The position numbers were made by a program, and so were the translations under genes. From IMG/VR virus record IMGVR_UViG_3300020049_016712, positions 1-64,000 of that record: a stretch of DNA of 64,000 nucleotides. One strand, given 5' to 3'. The stretch is from a virus (taxonomy: Duplodnaviria; Caudoviricetes). This document shows positions 1 to 8,162 of the stretch, piece by piece. How positions within the stretch are numbered: the first letter of the stretch is position 1; every line of letters begins with the position of its first letter. Under the pieces are notes generated by a model. The model was not told the origin of the DNA. It made no database searches and worked only from the letters and a program-made list of their open reading frames with translations.

Positions 1-8
1 GGTCTTTG

Positions 9-158
9 TATGTTACGCCTTTCGGAAGGGCTTTGTGGTTCCGGACATGGGCGGAAATTGGATATGCCTTGCCGATGGGCTTGGTGGATCTGACAAAGTA
101 AAGTCTAACGCCTAGGGATGCGCAGATACGCCGTTCGGAGCGGTTTGATGGCTCCGCC
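9..158 (+). CRISPR. Degenerate 3-repeat mini-array (type V-M-like repeats); may continue left of the window
   Basis: Units gttac-GCCT-ttcggaa-GGGC-tttgtggttcc-GGAC (12-46), gatat-GCCT-tgccgat-GGGC-ttggtggatc-TGAC (61-94), gatac-GCCG-ttcggag-CGGT-ttgatggctc-CGCC (125-158). Same architecture as the units at 2030-2192. Confidence 0.6.
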
Positions 159-172
159 ATTGGTTCTTTCTT

Positions 173-201
173 TTGACAAACAGGTAACGCGTTGTTAATA
201 T
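173..201 (+). promoter_or_regulatory. sigma70-type promoter with variant operator (TTGACA-N17-TAATAT)
   Basis: TTGACA 173-178, GGTAAC in the spacer, TAATAT 196-201, followed by a GAGCAAACG leader. Confidence 0.55.
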
Positions 202-254
202 CCAATTATAAACGAGCAAACGGAACGCCCGGATGGGCGAGGAAGGTGAGAAAA

Positions 255-923
255 ATGAACGTTGTGGAACTCAACAAGGAGATCGTCTCGGTTCTGGACA
301 CGGCCAGGACCTCGGGTATGGGCGCGCAGGAGATGCGTTTCCTGGCCTACCTTCTATACCTGAAGGAGGAGGGTCGCGCCGACGAGGCTGGCGCTGCTTT
401 CTTGCGCATGTGGTCATCGCTCGACCCGTGCTTGCCGACCGAGCGGTATAAGTTCATCGCGTTCTGCAGGCGGTTCGACCGTTCCACCCTGCCGCAAAAC
501 GGCGTAGGTCATAGCCTCGCGCAGTTCGCTGATGGCCGCTGCTGTCCGGTAAACGCGCGCCGCTTCGTCGCCACCAATATCCTCCTCGGCCGGCTTTCGT
601 TGGGCCACCTTCCGCAAATCGAAATCCTCGATCAACACGTGTTGATAAGTTTCAGCCACGCGTTTTGCCCAACACCGATACAGGTCTCGGCGCCGCCGCA
701 ACACCTTGTCGCGCAAGTTGGCCTCCCAGTCCCACAAGTGCTTGTCCTGTTTGCGCCAGGCCTCCAAAGCCTCAAAGGCATCCTCGTCGCCCTCAAAACG
801 CTCGGACCGCCAGGCTATAGCAAGAGCGGCCAACTTGCTCTGAGAACGCCACTGCGCCAGATGTTCCGTTTTCTCGGTCAGCCATTCCGGCAAGTAGGAC
901 TGAGATTTCAGCCACGCAGATAA
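255..923 (+). CDS. Hypothetical protein; probably only the first ~70 codons are genuine, the rest is antisense to the Cas12m-like gene
   Basis: ATG 255 behind a promoter and purine-rich RBS; reads into the convergent Cas12m-like ORF from 414 onward. Confidence 0.4.
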   Translation: MNVVELNKEIVSVLDTARTSGMGAQEMRFLAYLLYLKEEGRADEAGAAFLRMWSSLDPCLPTERYKFIAFCRRFDRSTLPQNGVGHSLAQFADGRCCPVNARRFVATNILLGRLSLGHLPQIEILDQHVLISFSHAFCPTPIQVSAPPQHLVAQVGLPVPQVLVLFAPGLQSLKGILVALKTLGPPGYSKSGQLALRTPLRQMFRFLGQPFRQVGLRFQPRR

Positions 924-1976
924 CGTTTTTTGAGCCGCGTTGAACGACTTGCCGCGAATAGATCCGAGGTCGGCCACTTTGCGCAGCCGATCCAGGATGG
1001 CGTCTGGCAGGATTAGATAGTCGACATGGCCGGCCTCGTCGAGCAAAGTAGCCACTCGCAACCCGCCATCCACTACGCGCCAACCCACATCGATGGCACA
1101 TCGACCCCACTTCGCAATGGGAAGCGGTGGTATGTTTTCCTCCACGGTGAATTGCGCAACCCAGTGAAACTTGGATCCGACTCGGCGCCTGAAGACCTTG
1201 ACCCATCGTATCCTTCCGGGCGGGAGCGGTCGATGCATCGGCATGTCAAACCGAGCCCACACCGGAGCCCTACCTTCGCTCCCGATACGCATCCAAAGGG
1301 TCGTTTCCGACAACCATTTCCTTTGACCTTCGGTCAACCCTTTGGCGTACCAGGCAGCCGGGTCCGGCGGGTCAACTCTGACTCGAGTGTCGGCTCGAAA
1401 CAGGTCTGGAGTCTCCATGACTCCCTGCAGTTGCACCGCGATACAGCCAGAACCGTCCCACTGGTGGAAACGCGGAGGAGTCGGCTTCTTCTTGGCTGCC
1501 TGAACGGCGGCCTCGGCATGCAGGTAGGTTCCCCAAAAGGCTTCGGTCGCCGCTCTAGCCGCCTTCACCTCGGCGTTCGCAACCTCGTTGATAGCCTCGA
1601 TGTTGGCCTGAACGCTTTCGTCCTCCCGAAGGCGCCTCTTAGCCTCTCTGATATCGTACCGCAACTTGGAAGCCCGGCCTCGCAACTCCTTCACAGCTTT
1701 GGCTGCGTCGCGCTTATCGCCCTTCGTGCGACTCGCGCTATTGGCCTGGCGGATAGCCTGTCGGCGCTCCTCGATCTCGGCCTCGACTTTGGCCAATTGC
1801 TCCAACAGGTCGCCCTCCCGAGCGATATGCTCGGCCATCAGGGCCGCATAGGCATCGCGGCGGCGGCGTTCGATGGCCACCAACTCGTTGCGGTATCTGT
1901 GTCCGGCAAGAATTTGAGCCACCACCGCTTCTTCGTCTGCCGGGTAAGGCCGACACCCATATTCGTATATTCTCAT
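414..1976 (-). CDS. cas12m: Cas12m-like (type V-M/V-U1) RNA-guided DNA-binding protein, C-terminally truncated (~520 aa)
   Basis: ATG 1976 with GGAGG RBS; YEYG and HRYRNELV start, long coiled coil, FHQWDGSGCIAVQLQ, PMHRPLP, RuvC-I AIDVGWR, RuvC-II LIEDFDL; stops after GGTVE with no CxxC finger. Confidence 0.85.
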   Translation of the reverse strand: MRIYEYGCRPYPADEEAVVAQILAGHRYRNELVAIERRRRDAYAALMAEHIAREGDLLEQLAKVEAEIEERRQAIRQANSASRTKGDKRDAAKAVKELRGRASKLRYDIREAKRRLREDESVQANIEAINEVANAEVKAARAATEAFWGTYLHAEAAVQAAKKKPTPPRFHQWDGSGCIAVQLQGVMETPDLFRADTRVRVDPPDPAAWYAKGLTEGQRKWLSETTLWMRIGSEGRAPVWARFDMPMHRPLPPGRIRWVKVFRRRVGSKFHWVAQFTVEENIPPLPIAKWGRCAIDVGWRVVDGGLRVATLLDEAGHVDYLILPDAILDRLRKVADLGSIRGKSFNAAQKTLSAWLKSQSYLPEWLTEKTEHLAQWRSQSKLAALAIAWRSERFEGDEDAFEALEAWRKQDKHLWDWEANLRDKVLRRRRDLYRCWAKRVAETYQHVLIEDFDLRKVAQRKPAEEDIGGDEAARVYRTAAAISELREAMTYAVLRQGGTVEPPAERDELIPLGRQARVER

Positions 1977-2029
1977 TTTACCTCCAATGTGAATTTCGGC
2001 CGCGCTTCCCCGGATCTTGAACCCGAGTT

Positions 2030-2192
2030 GTCGGGATTGCCAAGCCTTCCCGCCAGGCATATCTCGGTCTCCAACACATCTCTGGTCTTGTCGCATCCAC
2101 AAGGCCTATGCGCAAGGCATCTCCGGTCGCTTTGGTCTTGTCGAGCGAGTATACCGTCGAACAAACGAAGCCGGCCCGAACGGCGTGTCCTA
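2030..2192 (-). CRISPR. Degenerate 3-repeat mini-array directly upstream of the Cas12m-like gene
   Basis: Minus strand: gacac-GCCG-ttcgggc-CGGC-ttcgtttgtt-CGAC (2189-2156), gagat-GCCT-tgcgcat-AGGC-cttgtggatg-CGAC (2123-2090), gatat-GCCT-ggcggga-AGGC-ttggcaatcc-CGAC (2063-2030). Compensatory stem change; spacers ~29 and ~23 nt. Confidence 0.65.
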
Positions 2193-2855
2193 TCCGAAAA
2201 CACGGTCGCGAACGGCCTCCCAGGCCTGCAGATTCGCATACGTGTCCAGGAAGTCGTTGGCCTCGTGGGAACGCTGCAGAGCGCCGCAGATTCCGTTCAG
2301 CGCCGTGAATTTCAGCCCAGGAATTTCCTCCTGGATGTCCTCGACGAACTCCTCGAGCTTGTCTTCGATTTCCGGGTCGAAGGCCGGTCCGAACAGGTCG
2401 GAGGTGACCTGATATTCGACCAGGGGCAACTCGTCGACCTGACCAACCCAGTAAGGACCGTCTTCCGAGTCGACAGCCTCGGCGACCGCGTAGGTGTCGC
2501 CATATACCTCGACGTTGCAGTGAACGTCGGGTGCGCCCGGGTCGCCATTGAGGACCGCTTCGAACTCGCGAGACGGCTGGGCTTCCGACCAGGCGCGCTC
2601 GGAGTTGGTCCAACGGGCCAGCTCGCCGCTCGGGAGGCGGACAATGTGGTCTTCGCAATTGTCCCAAATCACTTCGGCGTCCGAGGGATAATCCCAGGGG
2701 GCCATCGGGCCGCGCGGGCCCCAGTCGCTGGTCTGCTCACTTTCGTCGAGCAGGCCGCTGGCGCAAAGAGCCTCGCTCCACTCTTGGAGGTCTTCCAGCG
2801 TCTTGACTTCTTCCAGGGCTTCTTCGAAATTGGTTTCTTTGGTTTCGCTAGTCAT
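2190..2855 (-). CDS. Highly acidic early protein (possible DNA mimic/anti-defence)
   Basis: ATG 2855 behind a consensus promoter and GGAG leader; strongly D/E-rich. Confidence 0.7.
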   Translation of the reverse strand: MTSETKETNFEEALEEVKTLEDLQEWSEALCASGLLDESEQTSDWGPRGPMAPWDYPSDAEVIWDNCEDHIVRLPSGELARWTNSERAWSEAQPSREFEAVLNGDPGAPDVHCNVEVYGDTYAVAEAVDSEDGPYWVGQVDELPLVEYQVTSDLFGPAFDPEIEDKLEEFVEDIQEEIPGLKFTALNGICGALQRSHEANDFLDTYANLQAWEAVRDRVFG

Positions 2856-2856
2856 C

Positions 2857-2917
2857 TTCGTTTGCTCCGTTTCGTTTGCTACATGCAGAGTATACGACAC
2901 ACGTTAACCATTGTCAA
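2857..2917 (-). promoter_or_regulatory. Early promoter TTGACA-N3-GTTAAC...TATACT plus leader AGCAAACGAAACGGAGCAAACG
   Basis: -35 2917-2912, -10 2894-2889, 17-nt spacing. Confidence 0.8.
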
Positions 2918-3191
2918 GAGGCTCCTGAATGAAGGTTTGGAACTCTTTCTGAAACTGGTCGGCGAGGCCGTCCATGTAATCCTCCTTGGAACGAAGGAAG
3001 TCGTCTAGAGCAAGCAGATACTCGGCCGTTTGCCTGCACTTCTCGGGCGTGAAAGCCGCAGGCGATGACAATGCCTGCTGAACGCGGTTGCGAGCCTCCT
3101 CGAGTCGTCCCTTTGTGGTGCGCATATACCTCTCCGCAAACGACGGCTCAGGCGTCGAGGAACTCGATGTCGGTAAACCCTGCTGGTCCAT
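2904..3191 (-). CDS. Hypothetical helical protein
   Basis: ORF in the same-strand early gene run. Confidence 0.5.
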   Translation of the reverse strand: MDQQGLPTSSSSTPEPSFAERYMRTTKGRLEEARNRVQQALSSPAAFTPEKCRQTAEYLLALDDFLRSKEDYMDGLADQFQKEFQTFIQEPLDNG

Positions 3192-3432
3192 AATGTGTCC
3201 TCACCTTCCATGTGAAATGATCTTTGTCGAAATTGTTGTAAACAGGATGGTAGTCGACGCATTTCAGGCAAAACTTGCAACCTTCAAAAATGACAAACCG
3301 ATTTGTTCGGGAATGGCAGGCGTCGCAGTTCAGGGTAACGCCGTACTTTGTGGTCACTTCAGGCTCAAACCCGAGACCAATCAGAATCTCGGCCCGCTCA
3401 AGTGCCTCTGCTATCTCTGCTCTGGATTTCAT
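3148..3432 (-). CDS. Hypothetical Zn-finger protein
   Basis: CDAC and CLKC pairs. Confidence 0.6.
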   Translation of the reverse strand: MKSRAEIAEALERAEILIGLGFEPEVTTKYGVTLNCDACHSRTNRFVIFEGCKFCLKCVDYHPVYNNFDKDHFTWKVRTHYGPAGFTDIEFLDA

Positions 3433-3823
3433 TTACGGCACCATCCGACTGTTCGGAAAAAACATCGGGGTCAGAGCCATTGTGCAACTGGGATTCGTCG
3501 ACCACCTGACGCGGGCAGGGCGGACGATTCTGGGTTCGTCCACCACCGGGTTCGGAAACCGGAACCCACACATTTCCGCGCTCCCGAATACACCGTATTT
3601 CGGTGACCTGACGCGATGGTTGTCCGGGTATCGTGACTGAGTAAATCTCGCGATATGCCCTGTAACCGCAGATAGGGCAACGACACGGATTGAGACCACG
3701 TCTGCGCGCCTTCTTGGCCCACAGTTCATCTTCGTCCCAGGTGTAGAAAACATCGCCGTGGTTGGTGGGCGGGCCACTCGCCAGGTGGTCGTGCAGACGA
3801 TCTCGAAAGGAACCTTTGGACAA
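3398..3823 (-). CDS. Hypothetical Zn-ribbon protein
   Basis: CRCPICG motif; gene-run context. Confidence 0.5.
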   Translation of the reverse strand: MSKGSFRDRLHDHLASGPPTNHGDVFYTWDEDELWAKKARRRGLNPCRCPICGYRAYREIYSVTIPGQPSRQVTEIRCIRERGNVWVPVSEPGGGRTQNRPPCPRQVVDESQLHNGSDPDVFSEQSDGAVNEIQSRDSRGT

Positions 3824-3866
3824 GACACAACATGGTTTGATGAAAAGTCTTCAATTCCCTTTTTTG

Positions 3867-4229
3867 TCATCCGGTTTTCAACCACTCGATGAATCCCTCG
3901 AGAGTAAACGAGTCGCCGCACATATAGCCTTTTGGCACGTGAATCCCTATGGGACATGCGTTATTCGGGCACTCCATTACAGGGTTTTCCAACCAGCAAC
4001 TCAGGGAGACAACTGTGTCGCAGTGCCACTTTTTTGATTTCTCCCACTGCTTTTCCGGACAAGAACAAACCACGTTCAATTTCCCAGTTTGACACTCGTT
4101 AAGTTCTATCATCGTCAGGAACGCCTCGAGGCACTCCAACGAGTCGAACACCAACACCGAATCGTAAATGTCTGAGTCTGGACGATGACAATGAAGCAGG
4201 CGCGCCCCTATCGACTCAAAGTAGACCAT
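3867..4229 (-). CDS. Hypothetical Cys-rich protein
   Basis: ORF in the same-strand gene run. Confidence 0.5.
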   Translation of the reverse strand: MVYFESIGARLLHCHRPDSDIYDSVLVFDSLECLEAFLTMIELNECQTGKLNVVCSCPEKQWEKSKKWHCDTVVSLSCWLENPVMECPNNACPIGIHVPKGYMCGDSFTLEGFIEWLKTG

Positions 4230-4340
4230 GGCTATTCTTGGTCCCCGATTTCCCCTAGGAACTCATGGATAGTCCATGGCCTCGGAATCCAGAATCCGAT
4301 CCGCTTTCCATTCGCGCAAACTACAGGCATCTCGATACCC

Positions 4341-5210
4341 TTAATATCCAACATGGCGAATCTCCAGGCGAGCAGCGGTTGCCGCCGGATTGTTTTCGAC
4401 GCTGGCCATGGCCAACTCGCCCATGGCCCGAATCAGGTAAGGGTGGCTCCTGGTCTTGGCGATTCCGGCCGACCAGTGGGCCCGAATCGTCTCGATAGGG
4501 CACCCAGCATTCAGATTGCCCACGGCAACGGTGCGCTCAGACTCCCACCAGGAACCCCAGGGCAGATCGATTCCAACCGCCGCAGAGGAACCGTTGCGAT
4601 GCTCCCAAACTTTGGTGGCGGCCACGGTGATAGCGTCGCGCACCAGTCGATAGTTTTTCGACCGCGCCCGATTGTGCGGCGATGGATGCCAGGTCGGAAT
4701 GACCCACCCTGGTCCGTGGCTGAAGGTGGCCGGAATCGCCTTGCCGTAATCTCGCGAACCGGAAAATGGATGCGACGTGAAAGCCGCACAGAGCGAAGCC
4801 GACGCGAATCTTCCCAGTCCAATCGCGACAATGGGTTCCATCGTGATCATCTGAGCGTGAAACCAACCTGCGCAGGCGGAAATCTGCTCCTGGGTTGGAT
4901 CAGGGTTACCCTCTCCAGGCCAGCAGTTGACCACGTTGCCTACCGGAACCGATAGCCGGTCCAGATAGTTGGCCTCGAGGCAGGCATCGAGATTTCTCCC
5001 CGATGCACCCTGGAAAGCCTGGCCGGTTTCATCCTCTTTGGCCCCTGGAGCCTCCCCAAAGCAGACGATACCAGACGTAGAAGGCGCGATGCCAGTCCAG
5101 GTCACAGGGGCCGTACATCCGGCCCTAAGCGAGCACATCGAACAGGATAGAATCGCTTCCCTGACGTTTTCGGCCATGACGATTTTGGCCGGGTCGATCT
5201 GAATGGTCAT
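4341..5210 (-). CDS. Uracil-DNA glycosylase family 4 (Fe-S)
   Basis: CSMCSLRAGC cluster, GEAPG..ED..G.AF.G.SG, NVVNCWP, HPS motif. Confidence 0.9.
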   Translation of the reverse strand: MTIQIDPAKIVMAENVREAILSCSMCSLRAGCTAPVTWTGIAPSTSGIVCFGEAPGAKEDETGQAFQGASGRNLDACLEANYLDRLSVPVGNVVNCWPGEGNPDPTQEQISACAGWFHAQMITMEPIVAIGLGRFASASLCAAFTSHPFSGSRDYGKAIPATFSHGPGWVIPTWHPSPHNRARSKNYRLVRDAITVAATKVWEHRNGSSAAVGIDLPWGSWWESERTVAVGNLNAGCPIETIRAHWSAGIAKTRSHPYLIRAMGELAMASVENNPAATAARLEIRHVGY

Positions 5211-5563
5211 TTCGGCTGCTCGCTCTCGCGGCGGTCCTCATTCAGCAATGCCAACAGCGCACCGTTCCGTTGGTAACGGTCGAAGTCCTGGGCATGCAGG
5301 GCATGGAACATGTTCCACATGATGGCCTCGGCCCGCTCCAGTCGCCAACCCGTGAACGCTTGTTCGACGAAGTTGACGAATCGGCTAAACTGGCCGATTC
5401 GGGCCAAAATTTCGCGCGCTTCCGCGTAGACCTCGGGGCCGCAATGGCCCACAAACTGAGCCTGGGCGTTATACATCGACCGGACCTCGGTCATCAGGCG
5501 CCACAGGTGGTACAGGTCGGCATCCTGGTTTCTGGTTTTGAATTGGCTAATCGTTACTTGCAT
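5207..5563 (-). CDS. Hypothetical early protein
   Basis: ATG 5563 after a GGAGCAAAC leader and promoter. Confidence 0.65.
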   Translation of the reverse strand: MQVTISQFKTRNQDADLYHLWRLMTEVRSMYNAQAQFVGHCGPEVYAEAREILARIGQFSRFVNFVEQAFTGWRLERAEAIMWNMFHALHAQDFDRYQRNGALLALLNEDRRESEQPK

Positions 5564-5626
5564 CTGGTTTGCTCCGTCCGTTCGTTTGCTCAAGACATTA
5601 TATTCACAATTGTTAACCTGTGTCAA
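5564..5626 (-). promoter_or_regulatory. Early promoter TTGACA-N3-GTTAAC...TATAAT plus leader
   Basis: -35 5626-5621, GTTAAC 5617-5612, TATAAT 5602-5597. Confidence 0.75.
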
Positions 5627-5981
5627 TAGGATCCATGACGAGATAATAATCGTATCTATTCACAAGCGGTCGAATAACGTCTCGGTATCCCCCGACGAAC
5701 TCGACTCCACAATACTTTCTAAGGTTTTTCACGTTGACAACCGCATACGATTTATCGCGAACGATCAGAATCTTGGTTATGTTACCGAACATAGGTCCAG
5801 AATAAATTCGGCCGCAAATGTACAGTTCAGAGGTGATTCGGCGGTCGTCTCCAAACCCTTCGATATGGATTTTGTGCGACTCGATCCCCGCTATTTCGAG
5901 CATTGTGAGCACGTCTTGGAACTCGGTTTCTGAAACGCGTTTGCAGAGTTTGTCGGCCAGACTGTGGCTAACGTGGCTCAT
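5613..5981 (-). CDS. Hypothetical protein
   Basis: Short overlap with the upstream gene; operon context. Confidence 0.55.
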   Translation of the reverse strand: MSHVSHSLADKLCKRVSETEFQDVLTMLEIAGIESHKIHIEGFGDDRRITSELYICGRIYSGPMFGNITKILIVRDKSYAVVNVKNLRKYCGVEFVGGYRDVIRPLVNRYDYYLVMDPIDTG

Positions 5982-6534
5982 AATATTCGTCGGTTCTCAG
6001 CGTCAAGTTCGCGAACTGGTCGGTTTGCTTGATAATGTCGAGGAGCGCGAACCGAACATCCCAGCGAACCTCCTTCTGCTCGCCAACGCGGCGCGGCGAC
6101 TTGTAGCGCAGAACCTCGTAAGCATGTTCGGCGCACCAGTCAGGCGGAAAGGTCGTTTGCCCGTTCGACTCGTGGATCAACAATTCAACGTAGGGAACGA
6201 AGTAGGTGCGATCTATGCGCTTCGGCCATCCGCGCTTGAGCTTGGCCGCCGAAGGCTGAAGGCGGAAATTCACACAGACCAGAGGGATTCCGCCATGGTC
6301 TGCCGTCAACTGCAGATTGTGACGCTGACCGTCGCTTAGTTTACGACTCGAGAACGACCATGACGAGGACGTTACCTGCTTGTTCTCCACGGCGAAATAG
6401 TGACCCTGAAACAGGATCCCCATGTCATACACGTGCTCGACGGTTGCGCGCCCGCAATCTGGAATCGGAATGACGCACAACCCCATGGCCTTCAGGGATG
6501 CCACCAGTTCGCCCTGAAACGTCCTCTCGCTCAT
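5968..6534 (-). CDS. PD-(D/E)xK nuclease, RecU-like resolvase candidate
   Basis: E..F...L, IPD, YDMGIL, FAVENK catalytic pattern. Confidence 0.65.
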   Translation of the reverse strand: MSERTFQGELVASLKAMGLCVIPIPDCGRATVEHVYDMGILFQGHYFAVENKQVTSSSWSFSSRKLSDGQRHNLQLTADHGGIPLVCVNFRLQPSAAKLKRGWPKRIDRTYFVPYVELLIHESNGQTTFPPDWCAEHAYEVLRYKSPRRVGEQKEVRWDVRFALLDIIKQTDQFANLTLRTDEYYEPR

Positions 6535-6716
6535 TTGCCGATTCCGTTAGGCCGGATATCCCAGGAGTGTTTCGGGTCCGGCAGAAAGGCAATAGAGACC
6601 GCCAGAGAGGATTTCACGCTTGTGGTCTGCCGGACCAACCACCCACCGGGAACGCGAGTCGCTTCGGTGCGCTCCCGGCCATCCTGATATTCCTTTACGT
6701 CGACCTTGGTCCACAT
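6531..6716 (-). CDS. Small hypothetical protein
   Basis: Coupled between neighbours (ATG 6716). Confidence 0.5.
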   Translation of the reverse strand: MWTKVDVKEYQDGRERTEATRVPGGWLVRQTTSVKSSLAVSIAFLPDPKHSWDIRPNGIGK

Positions 6717-6717
6717 G

Positions 6718-7422
6718 TCATTCCTCCTCATCGGTGATGATGCATGGCTCCTCCAGGAAGCGCACAATCTCGGAGTTGATTTTTTTTCCAATCCCTGGAA
6801 CTTCGGAGAAGTCCAAATTGGCCGATACCGGCATGGCTCCGTTGGTGTGCCGCAAAATCGCGATGGCGCGTTTCCTGGACACGTTGGGCAAGGTGGAAAG
6901 CATGTCGATTTTGCGTTCGGGAGAATGCGAGTCCTGCCACGGGTTCGCACACTTGGGCCGCCGCAGCAGGCTGCCGTGTTCGCGCTTGTCGAGCCACCCT
7001 GGAAGCCATCGCAGATAATCCACCGTTGCTGTTTTTGATGGCGTCCAGACCACCTGAAAATTGTGAACCCAGGTGAGTGACGCCTCCATTCCCTGCAACT
7101 GCCGCAAGGTGCATTTGTCGTGACCAGTGGTCACCAATTCTCCGGTTTTCGACCACTTCGGAGATCCCTCCAGGAGCAGAATCCGAATCGGGAAAAACTG
7201 CATCTGGTTGATTTCCCTCTGCAGTCGCGAACCACCCACCTGGGCTGGTCTGCGCGAAGCTAGAAAATCTGAGGGGAAGGCCTTGCGCTGAATCCCAACC
7301 AGGCCCATTCGCGAGGGAATTATGAAGTCTGCCCCGTGCTCCTCGGGCAACGCATGCTCTTCGTACATGTCCCACAAAGCCATGCGCAAGTCTTCCGGTT
7401 CTTGAAACGAAATCAAGTTCAT
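6718..7422 (-). CDS. ERCC4/XPF-family nuclease with HhH tail
   Basis: ADFII, IQRK..SDFLAS, RL..E..QM, LLLEG, C-terminal VPGIGKK. Confidence 0.8.
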   Translation of the reverse strand: MNLISFQEPEDLRMALWDMYEEHALPEEHGADFIIPSRMGLVGIQRKAFPSDFLASRRPAQVGGSRLQREINQMQFFPIRILLLEGSPKWSKTGELVTTGHDKCTLRQLQGMEASLTWVHNFQVVWTPSKTATVDYLRWLPGWLDKREHGSLLRRPKCANPWQDSHSPERKIDMLSTLPNVSRKRAIAILRHTNGAMPVSANLDFSEVPGIGKKINSEIVRFLEEPCIITDEEE

Positions 7423-7591
7423 GGGTACAACACCATCCCTTCCATGACCGGAGCTTCTTCTCTTTGACGCCTCTCCAACCTTCGTGCACAAGCCAGCCGT
7501 GATTTTTACCATATTTCTCGAAAGCGCAAAGCTCGACCAATAGCGATTTCTGCAATGTATCGATAGGGTTGAACATGTCTGACTTGCTCAT
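7419..7591 (-). pseudogene. Small gene broken by a one-base frameshift (or sequencing indel)
   Basis: One extra A in the GGTAAAAATC run would give a 57-aa ORF ending in an ATGA overlap with the ERCC4 gene. Confidence 0.45.
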
Positions 7592-7601
7592 TGGCCCCTC
7601 T

Positions 7602-8162
7602 TCAAATCAGGCATATCGCGCCACCGAAGCCTTTATAATCCGAACAGGAAGTGGGTATTTTCGTATAGACTTGACCGTCATACCAGTTCACCGTAATGCC
7701 TCCAGAGCCAACGTTTAGCCCCGTGTTGTCAGGCCTGGCCAATTCTTCCATCAGGTAAACGTCATAGGCTCGACTCGCGACAACGCGCAGAAACCGGTTT
7801 GCGATAGACTCGAATGCCCGCCAACCGCGTTTCGTCAGTTTTGGAATGAGCATCTTCTGTAGGTGTGAACGCGGTTGATTCTCCACCACAACCAGGCCGC
7901 GTTTCCGAAGTTTTTGAAGTTGAGAATTTCTCATCTGATCCCGATGGCCACTCCAGCGCGTTCCAATGTGAATTACAAGGCGTTCGGAGTTTGTCAGGTG
8001 CGAACGAAATACGTCCCGAACTACGACCAGGCGTCCGTCGGAAGCCTCAAACAATGCTTCGTCAAGCAGACGGCCAGCTTTTGATTGAGCGCCTTCAATA
8101 GACAACCCACCCGGATTTTTCGAGGAAATACTGAACCGCGAAGTTTGAAATTTCTTCTCCAT
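7602..8162 (-). CDS. MarR-like winged-helix protein
   Basis: LQKLRKRGLV...KLTKRG wing pattern; start uncertain. Confidence 0.5.
   Translation of the reverse strand: MEKKFQTSRFSISSKNPGGLSIEGAQSKAGRLLDEALFEASDGRLVVVRDVFRSHLTNSERLVIHIGTRWSGHRDQMRNSQLQKLRKRGLVVVENQPRSHLQKMLIPKLTKRGWRAFESIANRFLRVVASRAYDVYLMEELARPDNTGLNVGSGGITVNWYDGQVYTKIPTSCSDYKGFGGAICLI

Noticed and set aside
414-1976. IS200/IS605 or IS607 transposon TnpB
   Set aside because: No transposase or element ends were seen; size and N-terminal motifs fit Cas12m, and repeat-like units adjoin it.
2147-2154. Spacer start GTATACTC targeting early -10 boxes
   Set aside because: Only 7-8 nt match at 2888 and 51470; not distinguishable from chance.
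9-2192. TIGR-type array
   Set aside because: Unit length is irregular (49-66 nt), there are no box C/D-like motifs, and no Nop-domain gene was seen.
1026-3008. Long plus-strand ORF (also 10866-11711, 23419-24702, 24770-25837, 41281-42345, 57413-58942)
   Set aside because: These are antisense shadows of well-supported GC-rich genes.
3572-3588. Extra copy of the late motif
   Set aside because: Spacing differs, the GAACCTTT part is missing, and it is intragenic.
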